Shown here piece by piece: positions 57,089 through 64,000 of a DNA stretch of 64,000 bases. A program made the position numbers and the translations under genes. Every line of letters starts with the position of its first letter. The first letter of the stretch is position 1. Origin of the DNA: Eledone cirrhosa (Eukaryota); contig OZ024742.1 of NCBI GenBank assembly GCA_964016885.1, forward strand, positions 60,698,001 through 60,762,000, written 5' to 3'. Below the pieces are notes generated by a model that worked only from the letters and a program-made list of their open reading frames with translations, was not told where the DNA came from and searched no databases.

Positions 57089-59438
57089 GTGGGTTTTTTT
57101 TACAAAATGAAAAATAACCGAGGTGTCCTACACAAGTGAAAGTATAAAGAAAAACAGATGAAATCGAAAGCGCAACTGGAGTCTTATTTTTTTTTAAATA
57201 TATATATTTATTTGGTTCATTTACTGGTTTCGCAGTTCTTCTGCTTTTCAAAAGTAGAGTTGAGATGGAGGGTCTGTGGCTTTTCTCACATCTGGTTGGT
57301 CTTTGAATGTTACTTGTTTTATATGGAAAAAAGTAGCTCGAAACGCCAGATGTTTAGAGAAGTAACTTGTTGGTTGGTCAATAAGTATAATACATTTCGC
57401 GCCAGTTCACGTTACAAAGTTCTTCAAACAAGGGGGCGTGTGCTCAGGTTGTTTTTTCATATGTGAGTGTTTGAATTACTTTTTACTTAAAAAAAGGGGC
57501 TCATAAAGGCTTTTTCTAAAAATATGTAATCTGATTGGTTATCAATGAAATTATGGCTGTCACGTCAACAAGTTCATTAAATTTCGCGCCCGTATTTCGG
57601 AATTTGTTTAGTAGCCTTTTAGAGAATTTTATGACAATAAAAAAAAGTGGGTCACGAAAGTTTTTTTTTTAAATGTAATTTGATTGGTTATAAATGAAAT
57701 TATGTCTGTCACGTGAACAAGTTCCGCGCCCGTATTATTTATTTTGTAGCCATTTAGAGAATTTTATGACAAGCAAAAGAATGGTGAAGAGAAATGGGAT
57801 GGGAGAATTGTTCTGGTTCAGTGAATATGGCTAGTTTGCTGGGGTGTCATAGTTCAGATTTTCTATTGAAATAGAGAAAGTAGACATATGTATGTTTATG
57901 TGTGTGTTTGTGTTTGTGTGTGTGCGTGCGTGAGTGTGTGTGTGAGTATAGGAAGATGATTATATTGGTAGAAATGGGGGAGGGAGTTGTGTGTGTGTGG
58001 GGGGGGGTATATGTGTGTGTATGGTGTTATGTGTGTGTGGGAGTAAGGATGGCATGTTAATATGAAGAGAATATCTATTTTGTGTGTGTGTGTGCGTGTG
58101 CGTGTGCGTGTGTGTGTGTGTGTGTGTAGCAAAATGATTCCGTTATTAGGAATATTTTTGAATGAACATATTTTCCTTACTTATTCGTATTTGTTCTGTT
58201 GTATTGTCAGCGCAAGCGTATGTTAAGGTTTATTTAGTTCGTGTTTTTCTTTTCTAAAGTAGAAGGTGTTATGTATGTGTCTGTTTGGATGGTTAGCATG
58301 TTATGGTGTTGACATAATGTATATTAAACCATATTTAATGCTGGTCTATATTTTTGAATAAACATATTTTCCTTATTTATTCGTATTTGTTCTGTTGTAT
58401 TGTCAGCGCAAAGGTTAAATGGTAAGACTTGGAATTTTGGTGTCTTATTACTTGCGCAAATGTCTAGATGTGAGCTTAGTGGTATCTGTCTCGTGGTTGG
58501 ATCTCGTAATTGTTGGCGATGAACTGTCATTCTATTTCTGAGTGTGAGTTTAGTTTGTCCTATATAATCTTCATTGCATCCTTTATATTTAATGGCATAA
58601 AGTAGATTTTTTTGTTGAGCAAGTTAAGTGATTTTTTACAGTAAAATTTTGTCCTGATTTAAATGTATACGTGTTGCCTTCAATGAGGTGAGTGCAGGTT
58701 CCACAATTAGAGCGACCACATTTTTTGACAGTTGGTTGTGGGTTCGTGGAGGTAATTTGGCATTGGTGAGTAATGTTTTCAGTGATTTCTGTTATCTTTT
58801 GCTTTTGATTATTTTGTGTGTTTTTTTTCATTCTTGGGTCTTGTTTCAGTAGTGGGATGTTCTTGTGAATAGTGTTGTAAGCTTCCGCATTTCTTGGGGT
58901 GTGTGTTTAGATATATGATAGAATATTGGACGTACCTTGAATTTGTTTCTGTTTTCGTAATTCATCAATGTCTATTGCTTTAGCCCTTTCTATTCCATTA
59001 TTTATTAGTAATGGCGGTGGATTGGCAGTATCGGTAGAGGGCCGAACGCCTTGCTTTGAAGCATAGAGTTACCTCTCTTTATGATCTGAGTTCAAATCCC
59101 GCCGAGGTGAACTTTGCCTTTCATCCTTACGGGGTCGATAAAATAAAGTACCAGTAATGTACTTGGTAATTGATGTGCCAACATTAGAAACAATTATTTA
59201 TTAGTAATGGTGGGTACTCTCTTTCGAGTAAAATTTTCTTTAATTCTTGAAGTCTATAATTTCGCGTTTCATAATCGGAGACAATTGTGCAAATTCTTCT
59301 TGCTAGGTTAACAGGAATGTTCGTCTTTGTGTGCTTTGGATGGTTGGAGGTGAATAGCAGGTATTGTTTGGAAACTGTTGGTTTGTACTGTATGTCAGTT
59401 TGAATATTTATGTCTTTTTTAAAGATTAAGATGTCCAA
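57080..59438 (-). mobile_element. 5'-truncated Neptune-like PLE interrupted by a SINE
   Basis: TDIQYKPTVSKQYLLFTSNHPKHTKTNIP.NLARRICTIVS; KCGRSNCGTC...LTCS..YIGQTKLTLRNRMTVHRQQ...KENMFIQKYRPALN; degenerate HHR at ~57218-57258. Confidence 0.88.
59012..59197 (+). mobile_element. SINE family A with target-site duplication
   Basis: attatttattagtaatgg on both sides (~58997 and ~59193). Confidence 0.88.
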
Positions 59439-59462
59439 CCTTGTACAGCTAATAATTCGAGG

Positions 59463-60133
59463 TGTTTGTTAAACAAACAAACCGAGCATTTTAATAAATT
59501 TTCGGTAAACCCATACGTACATACTTATATTTAAGTAACAGCCGTACTAAGAGTGGGAAATGAAATTTCGTTTCATTTTTTCCGTTTATCGCTTTCGGTG
59601 CACCCGGCCGATTAACCCACTCGATATGCAAATTGGGCTACTCAGCCGTTAATATGCATAAGGTAAGTATATACGTTCAACAATCTGGCAGGAAGGTATA
59701 CGTTGCTGACGATAGTTAATAAGTTTGAAACTAGTACAGCGTTCCTTTGTCAGTGTTGAACAAACGAGCAACGATGGAATCTGGACACTACGGCTTAATA
59801 CGGGATGTTTGTTTACAAACACACCGAGCATTATAATAAATGTTCGGTGAATTCATACGTACATATATATATATGTGCATGTATGAATATATATATATAT
59901 ATATACATACTACTGTACGTCTGTATACATATATGTATGTACGTGTACATACTTATATTTAAGTAACAGCCGTACTAAGAGTGGGAAATGGAATTTCGTT
60001 TCATTTTTTCCGTTTATCGTTTTCGGTGAACCCGGCCGATTAACCCACTCGATATGCAAATTGGGCTACTCAGCCGTTAATATGCATAAGGTAAGTATAT
60101 ACGTTCAACAATCTGGCAGGAATGTATACGTTG
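59463..60133 (+). repeat. Local ~240-bp direct duplication
   Basis: 59463-59705 repeated at ~59807-60133 with a microsatellite expansion in copy 2. Confidence 0.85.
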
Positions 60134-60426
60134 CCAAAATATATCATCTTTTTTCAGACATTTATATCAATGAGAATAACGTGAGAATTGAGGGAAACTC
60201 ACCCATCTGTATCAATGAAAATATCGTGAGATTTGAAAGCAACTTTGTTGCTATTTTTAGCAGGTATGGATAAGCCCTTTAATTAGAAAAATTGATGATT
60301 GTCCTGGAATCAGCATGTATCGAATAGATATGTAATCAAAACCATTCCAGTTATGTCCATTCCATCTTTCATGTCTAGTGCACGTATAATGACAGTTATT
60401 CAGCATACTATTTATTTGGTTATATG

Positions 60427-61007
60427 TACGAGGCCTGTCAAAAAGTTTTCCCATTTTAAGCTAGGAAAAATATGAATAACTTTGTGGGGTTCAGTTTCTA
60501 CTCCCCATCTAAGTAGGCATACTTGTGCCTCCACACACTTAACCCAGCTTCCTTCCCATTGTTCGAAGATGGGTGGGCATGCTTATATCGGAATAGCTTT
60601 TAGCTCCACCGTTGCAGTCCACATAATATATTCTCAGCTCTCAAAGTATAAAGTTTTCAATGGCCTCTGCAGTTTTCGTAACAACTAGAAGTCGGAAGAA
60701 ACTATGCTTGAAGAGTAAAGGAACTGGCAAATGAGCAAAATATATATATAATCCAAATAATCTTAGTTCAACTGCGACGAATGTGTTGAGGTATTGTTAT
60801 GATGCAACTGCTAGGTGAGCGAGAAATTCCTGCAAGTATTCCTTTGTAATTATTTTTCTTGTGTGTAGCCAAGGTGTACATTTCACTAGTCGAGAAAAAT
60901 AATCACTTTGATTTTGTACCACAATTGACATACTGTTCATGAACCTTGGTATTATTGGATGTTTCCCTTGGGATTTGTGAGTAATATTTAACGACACGCT
61001 TTCGTAC
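60427..61007. mobile_element. Possible decayed Tc1/mariner-type element
   Basis: Left end TACGAGGCCTGTCAAAAAGT resembles mariner TIRs; right end only weakly matching. Confidence 0.35.
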
Positions 61008-62075
61008 GACTACATCTCATCTTAAGGTATCATGATATTCCAAACCTCATGAACCGTGTAGGCGTTATTGGACAATATTAAAATATGACGAATAAGCTGT
61101 GCAACAGTTCACTGATGCATCTAGCGAGCCCGCTAAACCTACCCCCGTCCATGAATGTTTGCGGCTCTAATGTACAACCTTTGTCTCTCTAAAGCCATTA
61201 CTTCCCAACGGATAAAAAATGAAGTCGAATGCTATTCCGACAGTTATCTTAACCTAAGCCTGTATCTAAACTACAACAATAAAACAAAAACCGTGGAACG
61301 TACAAGTCTATTCTTTAAACCCGATAAAATATCGCCCGAACTACGAGTGAACATGTAAGGCGTGGACTAAACGCAAATCTTAACAGCCGAGAAATAACCA
61401 AGTTATTTAAAATCGCTGTACGCTGCCAAACTCTAAGAGATTTAGCTGCTACTTCGAGCAGATCTAGCACGCACGTAGTTGCAATCTTGCTGACTTGCTA
61501 TATCGTTAAACGAAGAGTATTGCCTATTTCCACAGTGCTGACACTGTTTCTTCTAACGAAGCATTCAATGGTGCTCCAGCGATCCGTGAAAAATTATGGC
61601 AGCTTTGTATTGATTCCAGTGCAGTGTTTATCACTTCTGAAACACGGCATAATAAGGGTTAATCAGATTCTATAAATATAATGAGATCATATTCTTCCAT
61701 GGAGAACGCATCGAGACGAATGGGTTCCGCTTTGTTGGTTCCACCCACGTAATCTACGAATTAATGTGATTCTAGACTTATCCTATTTATTATATGAGCA
61801 TAGATACGAATATATGTAGTTACATATCTACATGCAGACATACGTAGTACATACATGTACACAGACATACATATAAGCATATTCACTTAGACTGATGTAT
61901 GTATTGATATATAAATGCAAATGTAAGTAGATACGTATGTATATACATGCATTATTGTTTTTATTAATATTATTGGGTGGATATATGTCAGGCTGCGTGA
62001 ATGATTATTTTGCTAATCTGTAGAAGCATTGAGGTGTGTCAATGCACACTAAATATATTTAAATATATATATCAT

Positions 62076-62177
<102 letters not shown>

Positions 62178-62305
62178 TATATACATATATATATATATAT
62201 ATATGAATATATACATATATATATAATAATAAATATATGTATATATATATATATATATCTATATATATATATATACATACAATGTGTATATATTTATATA
62301 TATAG

Positions 62306-62681
<376 letters not shown>

Positions 62682-62684
<3 letters not shown>

Positions 62685-63236
62685 AGATAAGCAGAACAAG
62701 TAAAATTCAACCAATTTTTCAAAATAAATCAAAATTAATTTAAAATTAAAATTAATCAAAATTAAAAAATATAATATAAATATTTACCCATTCAGATGGC
62801 CCTTACTGTACAGTTTCACTTTGCAAAACATTAGATATCCTATGGATACGGGTCACTTTTACGACCTTTCAGGCCTGTGTTAGCTGGCGAAGAGGTCATA
62901 TATTTTATCGTTCCTAGGGAAGGAAAATGCTTCTCTGATGATATTTGTTTTTCCATTAATATCCATAGGATATCTAATGTTTTGCAAAGTGAAACTGTAT
63001 AGTAAGGGCCATCTGAATAGGTAAATATTTATATTATATTTTTTTAATTTTGATTAATTTTAATTTTAAATTAATTTTGATTTATTTTGAAAAATTGGCT
63101 GAATTTTACTTGTTCTGCTTATCTTGATATTAAGTTCTGGTATATCAAATTATTACCATAGAACCACCTTGAATCATAGACATCCTATGTATTTCTGGGG
63201 GTACCTAGTACCTTTAGACATATTAACTTTATTCAT
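62682..63236. mobile_element. Inverted-duplicate pLTR-like element with HHR-like motif (~62930-63010)
   Basis: Arms 62682-62847 and 62959-63129; CTGATGA...GAAA-CTGTATAG-TA-AGGG. Confidence 0.75.
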
Positions 63237-63719
63237 ATATATATATATATATAATAGATAGATGGATATCTTACGCGAATACGCTCCTCTCTCTACCTAT
63301 ATATAGAGAGAGAGAGATAAAGGGGGCGAGAGAGAGGGGAGAGAGAGAGGGGGTATATAATGTTTATTCAATATTATTTACTATTGTTTCAATATACCAA
63401 CATTTCTCTCTGCCTTTTTATATTTGTTATAACGTTCTTACCATTGACAACCTTTTGGTTTCAATCCTTATGTTTTAACAGTGAATTTATTATATCTTTA
63501 ACTGGGCCGTAGGTCTAGCAGCAGAAAACACCGTTGGTGTTTGATGTAAACTCTCGTAAGCTGCTGTTATACTTCGAGTATTGTGCAGTGTGCCTCGGCA
63601 TCTGTAACTATGACGGTAATGCCATCTCCCTATGCAGCAACAAATATCACACAATACAGTTCAGGTGGAATTCTTGTCAAGAAGTTTATTCTGCGGAGTA
63701 TAGTCTCCAAATTAATAAT

Positions 63720-64000
63720 AATAATTGTTTCTACTTTGGGCACAAGGCCAGCAATTACCCCAGTGCATTACTGGTACTTTATGTTATCGACACCATAAGG
63801 ATGAAAGGTAAAGTTAACCTCGATGGTTTCTTATATAGGCACAAGGCCAGAAATTTTGGGAAAGAGGAAAGTCGATCAAATCGACCCCAGTGCGTGACTG
63901 ATACTTTATTTTATCAACCCCGTAAGGATGAAAGGCAAAGTCAACCTCGGCGGGATTTGAACTCAGATCATAAAGGGCCGGAACTCTCTGTTAGAGAGCA
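63720..64000 (-). mobile_element. Two SINE family A copies (second runs off the window)
   Basis: Consensus match. Confidence 0.82.

Noticed and set aside
61264-61468. Third Helitron-like element (A|TCTAAACTAC ... hairpin-CTAG)
   Set aside because: CTAG is followed by C rather than T and there is no second copy to define the ends

Overview
Gene-free, AT-rich, repeat-saturated eukaryotic DNA. The organism is probably an octopod cephalopod (inference from a recurrent tRNA-derived SINE resembling Octopus SINEs and from extreme (TA)n/(CA)n/(GA)n density). Most ORF-track entries are microsatellite translations. Supported content: about six Penelope-like retroelement (PLE) coding remnants with RT and/or C-terminal GIY-YIG endonuclease, one of them near full length (8447-13837); a decayed Helitron Rep-PIF1 gene and two non-autonomous Helitrons; two hAT-type (hATm-like) DNA transposons; RTE LINE fragments; more than 10 SINE copies; and three unusual tandem arrays (27 bp CpG-rich, 615 bp, 9 bp purine-rich). 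The main signal is a dense population of more than 20 type I hammerhead ribozyme (HHR) motifs from about a dozen unrelated sequence families. Nearly all lie in small elements inserted in (TA)n tracts, and most of these elements share one architecture: an inverted duplication with one long-tail arm and one arm ending at an internal AT-rich microhomology. A 615-bp tandem unit carrying a variant-core HHR and a 523-bp HHR unit with terminal direct repeats are retrozyme/circRNA candidates. All folds were read by eye; none were computed or tested, and many boundaries are approximate.
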